In this document: positions 10,072 through 18,638 of the stretch, piece after piece
How positions within the stretch are numbered: the stretch's first letter is position 1
Layout: the number at the start of each line of letters is the position of its first letter
Source of the DNA: Deferrisomatales bacterium
GTDB lineage: Bacteria > Desulfobacterota > Deferrisomatia > Deferrisomatales > JACRMM01
Reading direction: 5' to 3'
NCBI GenBank assembly: GCA_033551855.1
Contig: JAWSUI010000014.1
Span: 14,406-78,405, forward strand
Length of the DNA: 64,000 bases
The notes under the pieces: model-generated
The model's input: only the letters and a program-made list of their open reading frames with translations
Databases searched by the model: none
Told to the model about the DNA's origin: nothing
Translations under genes and position numbers: made by a program

Positions 10072-10205
10072 GAGCTGTCTTCCTCCTCGGCTGCCGGAAT
10101 CGGGATGTGCTCGAGCATTGCGGCGGCGGGCTGTCGCGGGACGGTCAGAAACCGGCGTTTTGCGCGCGCACGGACCCCGCCGCCCCGGTGCGGTTGAAGG
10201 GCGGG

Positions 10206-10234
10206 ATCTTAGGAGAGGCCCCCATCCCTGTCAA
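10206..10234 (-). promoter_or_regulatory. sigma70 promoter for the cytochrome-FeS-NrfD operon
   Basis: TTGACA-17-TAAGAT on the minus strand. Confidence 0.7.
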
Positions 10235-10393
10235 GACGTTTCAAGGCGCCGAGAAGCCGCCGGTGAGGGGCTTCCTACCCGATTCCCCCGCCACGCTGCC
10301 GGATCCTCCCCGCGGGGTATCCCACGCTCCCCGGCCCCGGCCCGGAACGTTTCACCGTGTTCCGTTCGTTGCAGGCAAAGGGGACCCGCCCCC

Positions 10394-12199
10394 TCACTCC
10401 CGGCTCTTCTTGGGCCTCTGGTTCGCGGCGAGAACCCGTTTGCGCACGCGGATCTGGGTGGGGGTCACTTCCACCAGCTCGTCCCGATCGATCCACTCCA
10501 GGGCGTGCTCGAGGGTCATCTCCCGCGGCGGGATCAAGCGCAGGGCTTCGTCGGCGCCCGCGGCGCGCATGTTGGTGAGCTTCTTTTCACGGGTGACGTT
10601 GACGTCGAGGTCGCTGTCGCGGCTGTTCTCGCCGACGATCATCCCCTCGTAGGCCTCCACGCCGGGACCGGCGAAGAGGGTTCCACGGGGCTGGAGGTGG
10701 AACAGCGCGTAGGTTGTCGTCCTGCCGGCGCGGTCGGCGACGAGCGCGCCCGTGGTCCGTCCGGGAACCGCGCCCTGCCAGGGTTCGTATCCGTCGAACA
10801 GATGGTTCAGGATACCGGTGCCGCGAGTGTCGGTGAGGAACTCCGACCGGAAGCCGATCAGCCCCCGGGAAGGGATGCGAAACTCCATGCGGACGCGGCC
10901 GTGCCCCGGGTTGGTCATCTTGAGCATGCGGCCCCGTCGCGTCCCCAGCTTCTGGGTCACGACCCCCACGAACTCGTCGGGGCAATCCACCACCACCAGC
11001 TCCATGGGCTCGTGGACCGCCCCTCCCACCTCCCTCGTCAGGATCTCGGGCTTCGACACACTGAGCTCGTATCCCTCACGCCGCATGGTCTCGATGAGAA
11101 CGGCCAGCTGCAGCTCCCCGCGCCCCATCACCTGGAACGCGTCCGGCTGGGAGAGATCGAGCCGGATCCCCACATTGTGCAGCGCCTCCTTCTCCAGGCG
11201 GGCCCGGATCTGGCGGGAGGTGACGTAGTCGCCTTCGTGGCCGCCGAAGGGGGAGCTGTTCACCGAAAAGACCATGGCGAGGGTGGGCTCGTCCACCACG
11301 ATGCGGCGCATGGCGGCGGGGCGCTCCAGGTCCACGAGAGTGTCACCGATGGCGACGTCCTCGAGCCCCGCCACCGCGACGATGTCCCCCGCCATGGCCT
11401 CGGCCGTCTCGACCCGCTTGAGCCCTTCGTGAGTGTAGACCCCGCTCACCTTCACCGGCACGACGCCGTCCCGCGTCGCGAGCCCCAGACCGCCCCCCAA
11501 TCGGAGTCGCCCGTTGAAGATCCGCCCCACGGCCAATCGCCCCAGGTAGTCGCTGTAGTCCAGGTTGGTGACGAGGAACTGCAGGGGCTCGGCCGAATCC
11601 CCCCGGGGCGGTGGCAGGGTCCTGACGATCTCATCGAAGAGCGGGCGCAGGTCCTGGGAGCCATCCTCCGGCGAGCGCCGGGCGATCCCTTTGCGCGCAT
11701 CCGTGTAAAACACCGGGAAGTCGAGCTGCTCCTCCGTGGCATCCAGGTCGATGAACAGATCGTAGACCTCGTTGAGGACCTCCCCCGGCCGGGCATCGGC
11801 GCGGTCGATCTTGTTGATGACCACGATCGGCGCCAGGCCCACCTCAAGCGCCTTCCGCAGCACGAAGCGCGTCTGGGGCAGCGGCCCCTCGGCCGCATCG
11901 ACCAAGAGCAGCACGCCGTCCACCATCCGCAGGGTTCGCTCCACCTCCCCCCCGAAGTCGGCATGGCCGGGCGTGTCCACGATGTTGATCTTCACCCCTT
12001 CGTAACGCACTGCTGTGTTCTTCGCCAGGATCGTGATGCCCCTCTCGCGCTCCAGGACGTTGGAGTCCATGACCCGTTCCTGCACCCTCTGGTTGTCCCG
12101 AAACGTGCCGCTCTGCCAGAGCATGGCGTCCACCAGGGTCGTCTTGCCGTGGTCCACGTGGGCGATGATGGCGATGTTCCGGAAGGGAAGCCCGGTCAT
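10394..12199 (-). CDS. typA: Translational GTPase TypA/BipA
   Basis: '[18 protein letters not shown]', '[12 protein letters not shown]', '[14 protein letters not shown]', 'GRGELQL' motifs. Confidence 0.97.
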   Translation of the reverse strand: MTGLPFRNIAIIAHVDHGKTTLVDAMLWQSGTFRDNQRVQERVMDSNVLERERGITILAKNTAVRYEGVKINIVDTPGHADFGGEVERTLRMVDGVLLLVDAAEGPLPQTRFVLRKALEVGLAPIVVINKIDRADARPGEVLNEVYDLFIDLDATEEQLDFPVFYTDARKGIARRSPEDGSQDLRPLFDEIVRTLPPPRGDSAEPLQFLVTNLDYSDYLGRLAVGRIFNGRLRLGGGLGLATRDGVVPVKVSGVYTHEGLKRVETAEAMAGDIVAVAGLEDVAIGDTLVDLERPAAMRRIVVDEPTLAMVFSVNSSPFGGHEGDYVTSRQIRARLEKEALHNVGIRLDLSQPDAFQVMGRGELQLAVLIETMRREGYELSVSKPEILTREVGGAVHEPMELVVVDCPDEFVGVVTQKLGTRRGRMLKMTNPGHGRVRMEFRIPSRGLIGFRSEFLTDTRGTGILNHLFDGYEPWQGAVPGRTTGALVADRAGRTTTYALFHLQPRGTLFAGPGVEAYEGMIVGENSRDSDLDVNVTREKKLTNMRAAGADEALRLIPPREMTLEHALEWIDRDELVEVTPTQIRVRKRVLAANQRPKKSRE

Positions 12200-12226
12200 G
12201 GAATACCTCTGCAGAGCGGAGAAAAG

Positions 12227-12432
12227 CGGATCATCCGGGAAATGGCCGGGACCTCGTGTCCAGGGACGATCGGGTGGGCCCGACCACGTAGGCGGACGGC
12301 CGCTCGACGGGAGCAGCCGCTTCGGGAGCCGCGATGCCGCGAGGATTCCGGACGCGGCGGGGAAGAACACCTACCGTGCCGTCCGGCCTCGTCTGCCGGA
12401 GGGGGCGGGCCCACCCGGTCGTTTACCGGAAG
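12227..12432. repeat. Dispersed ~205-bp self-complementary repeat, family 1, copy 1
   Basis: Collinear, highly similar copies at 15562 and 58301; long internal inverted repeat. Confidence 0.9.
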
Positions 12433-12449
12433 AAACAGAAAAGCTGGTC

Positions 12450-12480
12450 CTTATATCACTGCCGAGTCGCCCGACACAAA
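12450..12480 (-). promoter_or_regulatory. Candidate extended -10 promoter reading through the repeat into typA
   Basis: Minus strand TTGTGT-18-TATAAG with TGn immediately before the -10. Confidence 0.45.
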
Positions 12481-12672
12481 GAGTTTCCACCCCCCGCATC
12501 CACCGCTTGGAGCGCGAACGGGGTCCGGCGGGCCCCCCACGAACGTCTGGCCGTGAGCCTCGGGGGTCGAGTAGCGCCCACCCGATGCCCGCGAAAGAGG
12601 GGGCCGGCCGGGCGAGCGCTGCAGGGAACGGCCGCACCCTGCGGCACCGCATCATCGTCCCCGGGGTCTCCC

Positions 12673-13566
12673 TCAGAGCAAGAAGCTCAACACCGCCGAC
12701 AGGGACAGGGCCGAGCCCAGGGTCGAAACGAAGATGCAGGAGGCCAACCAGCGCGGATGGCACTCGAATCGGAGGGCATAGAGGAGGACGAGCACGGCCG
12801 AGGGCGTGGAGGTCTGCAGGACCAAGACGCTGCGCTCGAGCCCGTCGAACCCCAGCAGCGTGGAGAGCCCCCAAGCTAGGACGGGGCTGAGAAGGAGGCG
12901 TAGGCCCACGGCTGCCAGGAGGCTCGGCCCGAAGCTCTCGATGCGGGTGCGCTCCAATTGCATACCGAGGATCACCAGCAAAACCGGGATCGCCCCCTGG
13001 GCCAGGAGCCCGACCCCCTTGGCGATGGGACTCGGGACGTTCCACCCCAGCGCGCCCAGCGCGAAAGCGAGGATCGTCGCGTGGAAGATGGGGATCCGCA
13101 GGGTGGCACCCAGGCCCCTCAGGCTGGAGAAGGTTCCGCCGGCGGCCAGCCAGATGGCCCAGGTGGTGAGGGGGATGTTGAAGATGACGAAGACGAGGAC
13201 CGAGAACGGCTCGGCTTCCGCGCCGAACGCGAATCGCACCAGGGGGAGGCCGTAGTTCCCCACGTTCATGGGTACCGTCGCCAGGGCGAAGGCACGGCGC
13301 ATGCCGCCCGTGAGTCCCAAGCACCGCGCCACCCCCTCGGCGATCACCCAGAAGAGACCCGTGTACAGTCCCATCAAGGCGAGCAGCCGGCCCACTTCTG
13401 CGGCCGAGACCGGGTTGCTCAGCAGGGCGTGGAACACCAGGGCCGGCGCGGCCAGAAAGAGCGCGAACTGGCTCAGGGGCTCCAAGGCCGGCCGCAGGGT
13501 GCGGGAAAAGACGGCTCCTGCACCCACCAGCACGAAGATCGGCAGCAAAATGTCGAGGAAGACCAA
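12673..13566 (-). CDS. AEC (auxin efflux carrier / Mem_trans) family transporter
   Basis: TTG start after AGGAGG; 'NVGNYGLP', 'PALVF', 'LVILGMQL' motifs; about 10 TM segments. Confidence 0.88.
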   Translation of the reverse strand: MVFLDILLPIFVLVGAGAVFSRTLRPALEPLSQFALFLAAPALVFHALLSNPVSAAEVGRLLALMGLYTGLFWVIAEGVARCLGLTGGMRRAFALATVPMNVGNYGLPLVRFAFGAEAEPFSVLVFVIFNIPLTTWAIWLAAGGTFSSLRGLGATLRIPIFHATILAFALGALGWNVPSPIAKGVGLLAQGAIPVLLVILGMQLERTRIESFGPSLLAAVGLRLLLSPVLAWGLSTLLGFDGLERSVLVLQTSTPSAVLVLLYALRFECHPRWLASCIFVSTLGSALSLSAVLSFLL

Positions 13567-13808
13567 GACGACCTCCTGACCGGCTTGTCCCCACGGGTCG
13601 GATGACGGATGGTCGGGGTCCCGGAACGGCCCGCGAGCAGGTCGGGCTCGCACGGACGCACGGGTGCACGGCCGCTCGCCTCCGCGACGCGAAGGATTCG
13701 CTCTTTCGGGCCCGCCCACCCGCTGCACCCGGATCGCCGCCAAGGCCCACGGGATCTCCCGTACCGGCCCCCTGTGATACAAATGAGCTCGTGACGGAGC
13801 ACCGGAGA

Positions 13809-14618
13809 ATGGAGATGCCCGAGGAGGAGCCCTTCGTCTTGCAGGTTCCCGCCTCGTCGATCCCCGCACGAGGGTGGGATGCGGCAGTGGTGGGTGCAGG
13901 CTCCGCCGGGGCCGCCGCCGCCCACCTGGCGGCGGAAGGGTACCACGTCCTCCTCCTGGACCGCGACGCGTTTCCCCGGGACAAGACGTGCGGTGACGGC
14001 CTGCTCCCCGACGCAATTGGGGCCCTGGGGCGGCGGCTTGGTCTGCGGGAAATCGTGCAGGCGGCAGGCCGGCGATGGGCGGGGCACTCCGTCTGGAGCC
14101 CCGGGCAGGTGCCTGTGGACGTACCGGGAGACTACCTCGCCCTCCGCAGGAGCCGGCTCGATGCGCTCCTCGCCGAACGGGCCGTGAAAGCCGGTGCCTG
14201 CTTCGCACGGGGCTGCGTTCTGCGACTCGCAGGAGCGGGGGGGCCGCAGGTGGTCCTGAGGGTGGCCGGGTTGGAGCACGCGATTCACGCCCGCTTCGCT
14301 GTCCTCGCCGCCGGGGCCCGTCTCGACATCCTGCGCAGGCTCGGCCTCCCCGTTCCCCCGTCGCCACCCGACGCCGTGGGCATAACCTGCTACGCCCGCT
14401 CTTCCGTCCGAGCCGTTCACCTCGCGGTCTCCCGCACCCGCCTCCTCGCCGACGTCTCATCCGAATGTCGCGGACGGCGGGGCGCAGCGGAGGGGCACTC
14501 CGACCCCGAACACGTGCCAGGCGGTGGAACGAGGGTCCAACGGGCGCTGTTGGAGGTCCAACGGGCGCTTGACACGGGAGGGCCGTCCCTGGCATACGTA
14601 TTCCCCACAACCGCATAG
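13809..14618 (+). pseudogene. Truncated geranylgeranyl-reductase-like FAD-dependent oxidoreductase
   Basis: 'VVGAGSAG' dinucleotide fold and 'FPRDKTCGDGL'. Family resemblance fades after ~200 aa, the C-terminal GDAA region is absent, and the tail runs into the riboswitch promoter. Confidence 0.6.
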
Positions 14619-14778
14619 GAAACCGTCCGCCGGTGCCCGCGAGGGCTGAAAAGGGAAGTGGGGTGAAAATCCCCCGCGGACCCGCCGCTGTGAGCGAGGA
14701 CGAGGGGTCAAGGTGCCACTGGCCGCGAGGCCGGGAAGGCGACCCCGAGGTCGATTCGCGAGCCAGAAGACCTGCCGG
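14615..14778 (+). ncRNA. Cobalamin (adenosylcobalamin) riboswitch
   Basis: Canonical elements in order: GGTG..AAAAGGGAA, GGTGAAAATCC, CCCGCCGCTGTGA, GCCACTGG..CCGGGAAGGC, B12 box GAGCCAGAAGACCTGCC. Confidence 0.93.
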
Positions 14779-14848
14779 GCCGGACGCCCCACCGCAGCCT
14801 CCCCGGGCCGAAGGGAGGGTGGGACCGACGAGGCGCTTCGCATACGGG

Positions 14849-14880
14849 AAGCCCGCACGCACCGTGCGGGCTTTTTTTTG
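14849..14880 (+). terminator. Intrinsic terminator (riboswitch expression platform)
   Basis: AAGCCCGCACG-cac-CGTGCGGGCTT followed by a poly-T run; lies between the aptamer and the ATG. Confidence 0.85.
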
Positions 14881-14943
14881 TTGGCGCGCGTCCACCGCCC
14901 TTCCGGTGCCGCAGGGGGTTGCCTCCGCCAGAGGAGAAGCGCC

Positions 14944-15201
14944 ATGCAGCAGGGAACCGTTCTCTACATCGCCGACGTCCGGAGCCTGCCCCAGGACTGG
15001 GAGGCGGAGGAAGCAGCAGCCGCCGCGGGCTTCGATCCCGTGTGGACGGAGGTCGCGGCCCCGGGCCCCGGCTTCTACACGCCCCAGGAGGCTCAGCTCC
15101 GCCTCGCCGAGCGGGGGGCGGGGCGGATCGAGGCGGCCCATGCCCGGTACGCCGACGGGCGTCTCGAGGTGGGCGCGCGCCGGGTCCGGCTGCAGGGCTG
15201 A
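14944..15201 (+). CDS. 85-aa hypothetical protein under cobalamin riboswitch control
   Basis: AGGAG RBS before ATG 14944; GC-rich third codon positions; directly after the attenuator. Confidence 0.75.
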   Translation: MQQGTVLYIADVRSLPQDWEAEEAAAAAGFDPVWTEVAAPGPGFYTPQEAQLRLAERGAGRIEAAHARYADGRLEVGARRVRLQG

Positions 15202-15561
15202 GAGCCACTGTGCTCCCCATTGACTGCGCCCGTCCCGGGGGGCCCCGGAAGGGAGCCCTCCCGGCTCCGACCGGCCCGGGCCTCCTTGCCGCGGCACCTG
15301 GTCCTTTCGTCCCGGGGGAGGCCCGTCCTCCCCCGGTCATTTTTGGTCTTCCGGGGAATGACGGGTTTCCGCACCCAAGGACGGCCGGGTGGGTCCGGCA
15401 GCGCAGGCGGACGGCCGGTCGATGACCGTACCCCCCATCGGGACCTGTGATCCCTCCAGGCGGATCGGAAGACCTGAGAGCTCGCAGCGTCGGGTCGTCC
15501 GGCATCGGCCGCCGGAGTCGGCGGACCCACCCGGCCGTTTCCCGGGTGAGCCTCATTTCTA

Positions 15562-15767
15562 CGGATCATCCGGGAAATGACCGGGACCTCGTGTCCAGGG
15601 ACGATCGGGTAGGCCCGACCACGTAGGCCGACGGCCGCTCGACATGCGCAGCCGCTTCGGGAGTCACGATGCCGCGAGGATTCCGGACGCGGCGGGGGAG
15701 AATACCTGCCGTGCGTCCGGCATCGTCTGCGGGAGTGGGCGGGCCCGCGCGGTCGTATTACCGGAAG
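15562..15767. repeat. Dispersed repeat family 1, copy 2
   Basis: Collinear with 12227-12432 and 58301-58505. Confidence 0.9.
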
Positions 15768-15882
15768 CACGATTTTTCCGTATCCCCGGGCGCGCGCGGG
15801 AGCCGGCCTTCCTTTCACGTCTCGGGTAGTCGACCATCGCGGAGGCCGCCGGCCCGGCTTCTCCGGGGGCCGGGACCCCCCC

Positions 15883-16905
15883 TCAGGGTACCGGCGTCAG
15901 AAGAAAGGCGCGGGGCTCCCCGTGCAACAGCCCCTGGCCCGCGATATGGCCTTCGTCGCTGATGGCGTATGCCCGCGAGAGCTCCCATCCGGACCCGGTC
16001 GTGAGCAGGTCGTTCAGGTCGACCATGCGCCCGGCTTCCCACAGGAAGGCGTGGGCACGCCCCCCGAGGGTGAGGGACTCCCCCACCACCCTGCCAAGGT
16101 TGTCCACGTCGTAGGCCACGCTGTAGCCGCCCAGAGTACCCAAGCTCACCAGTTCACCATGGGGTTCGACCAGGAACGCTCGATCCGCGCCGTGGGTGGT
16201 GGTCGAGTACCCCGCAGCCTGGCCCGCCTCGTTGATGGCGTACGCCACGCTCGTCGGCCCCCCCAGGGTTCCGAGGGGGGTCATCACCCCCGCCTCCCAC
16301 CGAAACGCCACCAACCGCCGGTCCTCCGTCTCCGCCCACCCCACCACCTGGCCCCCGTCGTTGATCCCGTAGGCCGCACTCCAGTTGCCTCCCAGGCCCC
16401 CCAACAGGTGCAGGTGGTCCTCCTGCCACAGGAACGCCGCGGTACCAGCCCCCGTCTCCACCTCGCCCACCACCTCACCGGCGCTGTTTACCCCCCGCGC
16501 GATGCTCCGAAACGGCAAGGCCCGGATTCCCCCGTCGGCACCCCAAAGGCATGCCACCCCCCCCGACTCCCCGGCCACCTCGCCACGGTCGTTCACGGAC
16601 CAGGCGTCGCTGCCGTCGAGGGCCTGGGTGTACCCGGCCCGCCAACGAAAGGCCTGCCCCGCCCCCTCGGGCCCCTCCGCCCCTCCCACCACCAGGCCGG
16701 CCCCGTTCACCGCGCGGGCGGCGGCCGTGCGGTCTCCCGGTCCCACCGCCGTCGTTTCGTAACCGGTCCCGCCACCCGAGGTGCCGCCGGCCGAGTCTCC
16801 GCAACCGATGGCGAAAGCGCACGCCAGCGCCGCGAGGACGCAGACCACGGTCCGTCGCCTGAGGATCGACCGACGAGAGGTGGGGGTTCCGACCGGTCCC
16901 TTCAT
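15883..16905 (-). CDS. Extracellular HAF-repeat (beta-propeller-like) lipoprotein
   Basis: Lipobox-like 'FAIGC'; repeated 'AYGINDGGQVVG..AFxW..LGTLGG' and 'HAFLW' units. Start codon uncertain. Confidence 0.8.
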   Translation of the reverse strand: MKGPVGTPTSRRSILRRRTVVCVLAALACAFAIGCGDSAGGTSGGGTGYETTAVGPGDRTAAARAVNGAGLVVGGAEGPEGAGQAFRWRAGYTQALDGSDAWSVNDRGEVAGESGGVACLWGADGGIRALPFRSIARGVNSAGEVVGEVETGAGTAAFLWQEDHLHLLGGLGGNWSAAYGINDGGQVVGWAETEDRRLVAFRWEAGVMTPLGTLGGPTSVAYAINEAGQAAGYSTTTHGADRAFLVEPHGELVSLGTLGGYSVAYDVDNLGRVVGESLTLGGRAHAFLWEAGRMVDLNDLLTTGSGWELSRAYAISDEGHIAGQGLLHGEPRAFLLTPVP

Positions 16906-17455
16906 GCGCGTGCCTCGCGTTGCGGCCGGGCGTCGGGGCCCGACGGTCCTGGTGGTCCGTGTCCCCCCTGCACAGCAAGAAGCAGACCAGGCCGGTGTCA
17001 GGAACTCCATCCCCCTGCGTCACCCTCCCCGACACGGTGCCCCGGGGCACACTGCAAGCGGAGATCCGATCGCTTACGCGCCCCGCCCGCAGCTCCCCCG
17101 AAGGGCCCAGCGGGCCCCTTGGGCTGACCTCGAACCCTCCGGTTGGGAGCGGGTGACCGGCAGGAACCTCAAAATGTGCAAAAGTCTTCCACCACGGGTC
17201 GCCGAGGGCTCCTGCCTCCGGTAAAGCACCTGCAGCCCGCTGCGCGGCGCGGTACCGCGCAAAGCCTCGACCCGGGGGGAGCCCCGGGGCAGAGCCTCGC
17301 ACCGCCTCGACCGACTCGCCCCGTCCGGCGCAAACGGGTGAAGCCCGGCGCACCGGGCCCTGCTGGGACACCCCTTCGCATGGCGGGGCGGAGCGGAGGG
17401 GCTCCCCGGCCCCGGGCACGTGCCGGGGAGGTGGATCACGGTGGCCCGGTCCATG

Positions 17456-17484
17456 TTGACACCTCCCCCGGCCGCTGCTACGAT
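17456..17484 (+). promoter_or_regulatory. sigma70 promoter for fliA
   Basis: TTGACA-17-TACGAT with TG extension. Confidence 0.7.
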
Positions 17485-17517
17485 GCGTGCGATTTTCCAG
17501 CGAAATGTGCCCTCCGG

Positions 17518-18261
17518 GTGTCAGGAGAAGCGGCCATCAGCAGCGGCGACCCCCAGCGCACGAGGGACGAGCTCATCGAGGAGTACGCACCCCTCGTCAA
17601 GTACATCGCTGAGCGCCTCTCCGCCCGCCTACCCTCCTCCATCGAGGTGGAGGACCTCATCAACACCGGGGTTCTCGGCCTCATCGACGCCATCGACAAG
17701 TTCATCGCCGAGCGCGGGGTCAAGTTCAAGACCTACGCGGAGTTCCGCATCCGCGGGGCCATGCTGGACTACCTGCGCCGCCAGGACTGGGCGCCACGGT
17801 CCATGCGCCGGAAGGAGAAGGAGCTCGCGGGCGTCTTCCGCCGCTTGGAGCAGAAGCTGCAGCGCCAGGCGTCCCACGAGGAGGCGGCCGAGGAGTTGGG
17901 CGTCTCCATGGAGGAGTTCAACGTCCTCCTGTACAAGGCCCGAGGCCTCTCCATCCTTTCCCTCAACCGGCCGCGGTCCGACGACGGGGACGAAGACGCC
18001 AAGGAACTGGGGGACTTCATCCCGGACGAGCCCGAGAACAGCCCTTACGAGCTGCTCAAGAAGCAAGAGGTTCGGGACCTGATGGCCCGTCAGATCGATG
18101 GTCTGCCGGAAAAGGAGCGCCTCGTGGTCTCCCTCTACTACTTCAACGAGCTGACCATGAAGGAGGTGGGGCACGTCCTAGGGGTCACGGAGTCGCGGGT
18201 GAGCCAACTCCACTCCTCTGCGGTGCTTCGGCTCCGGGGCTGCCTGGAGGGCCTTCTATGA
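17518..18261 (+). CDS. fliA: RNA polymerase sigma-28 factor FliA/WhiG
   Basis: 'YAPLVKYIAERL', 'FKTYAEFRIRGAMLDYLR..DW.PRS', 'LGVTESRVSQLH'. Start codon uncertain. Confidence 0.92.
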   Translation: MSGEAAISSGDPQRTRDELIEEYAPLVKYIAERLSARLPSSIEVEDLINTGVLGLIDAIDKFIAERGVKFKTYAEFRIRGAMLDYLRRQDWAPRSMRRKEKELAGVFRRLEQKLQRQASHEEAAEELGVSMEEFNVLLYKARGLSILSLNRPRSDDGDEDAKELGDFIPDEPENSPYELLKKQEVRDLMARQIDGLPEKERLVVSLYYFNELTMKEVGHVLGVTESRVSQLHSSAVLRLRGCLEGLL

Positions 18262-18638
18262 GAGCGGTGAAGGAATCGTCGCGAGCAGACCGGGGCGCGC
18301 GTCACGCACAAGCGAACGACGTGGCACGTCAGGCAGATCTTGGGGGAGTGAGCGACCGGGCAACGGAGCAATCCGGCCGCGCAGCCAATGTTTTCATGAG
18401 GCGCTGAGCCGACCCTGACCCCCCGCAGGCCCCAGGGACGAGGCAAATGTCGGACGGCTCTGGGCAGCCGGGTCCTCGCGCCGCTCCGGGACAGGGGGCT
18501 CCCGTGGAAACGACGGTCCGAGATCCCCTGGCGGTGAGCCGCCTCTGCGCCCCCACTGCGTGACGGGAACGCGGCGGCTCCGAGCGGGGCGGCGCGTCCC
18601 CGGCCGCTGACGGGCCGATGCCCGGAAAGGGCTGACCG

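Noticed and set aside
17220..17370. Possible c-di-GMP-I riboswitch upstream of fliA (GCGCAAAGCC and GCAAAC..GAAG fragments)
   Set aside because: The elements are not in the required order and lie upstream of the predicted promoter.
18322..18340. sigma54-like TGGCAC upstream of fliM (also at 53234)
   Set aside because: No GC at the -12 position with the required GG-N10-GC spacing.
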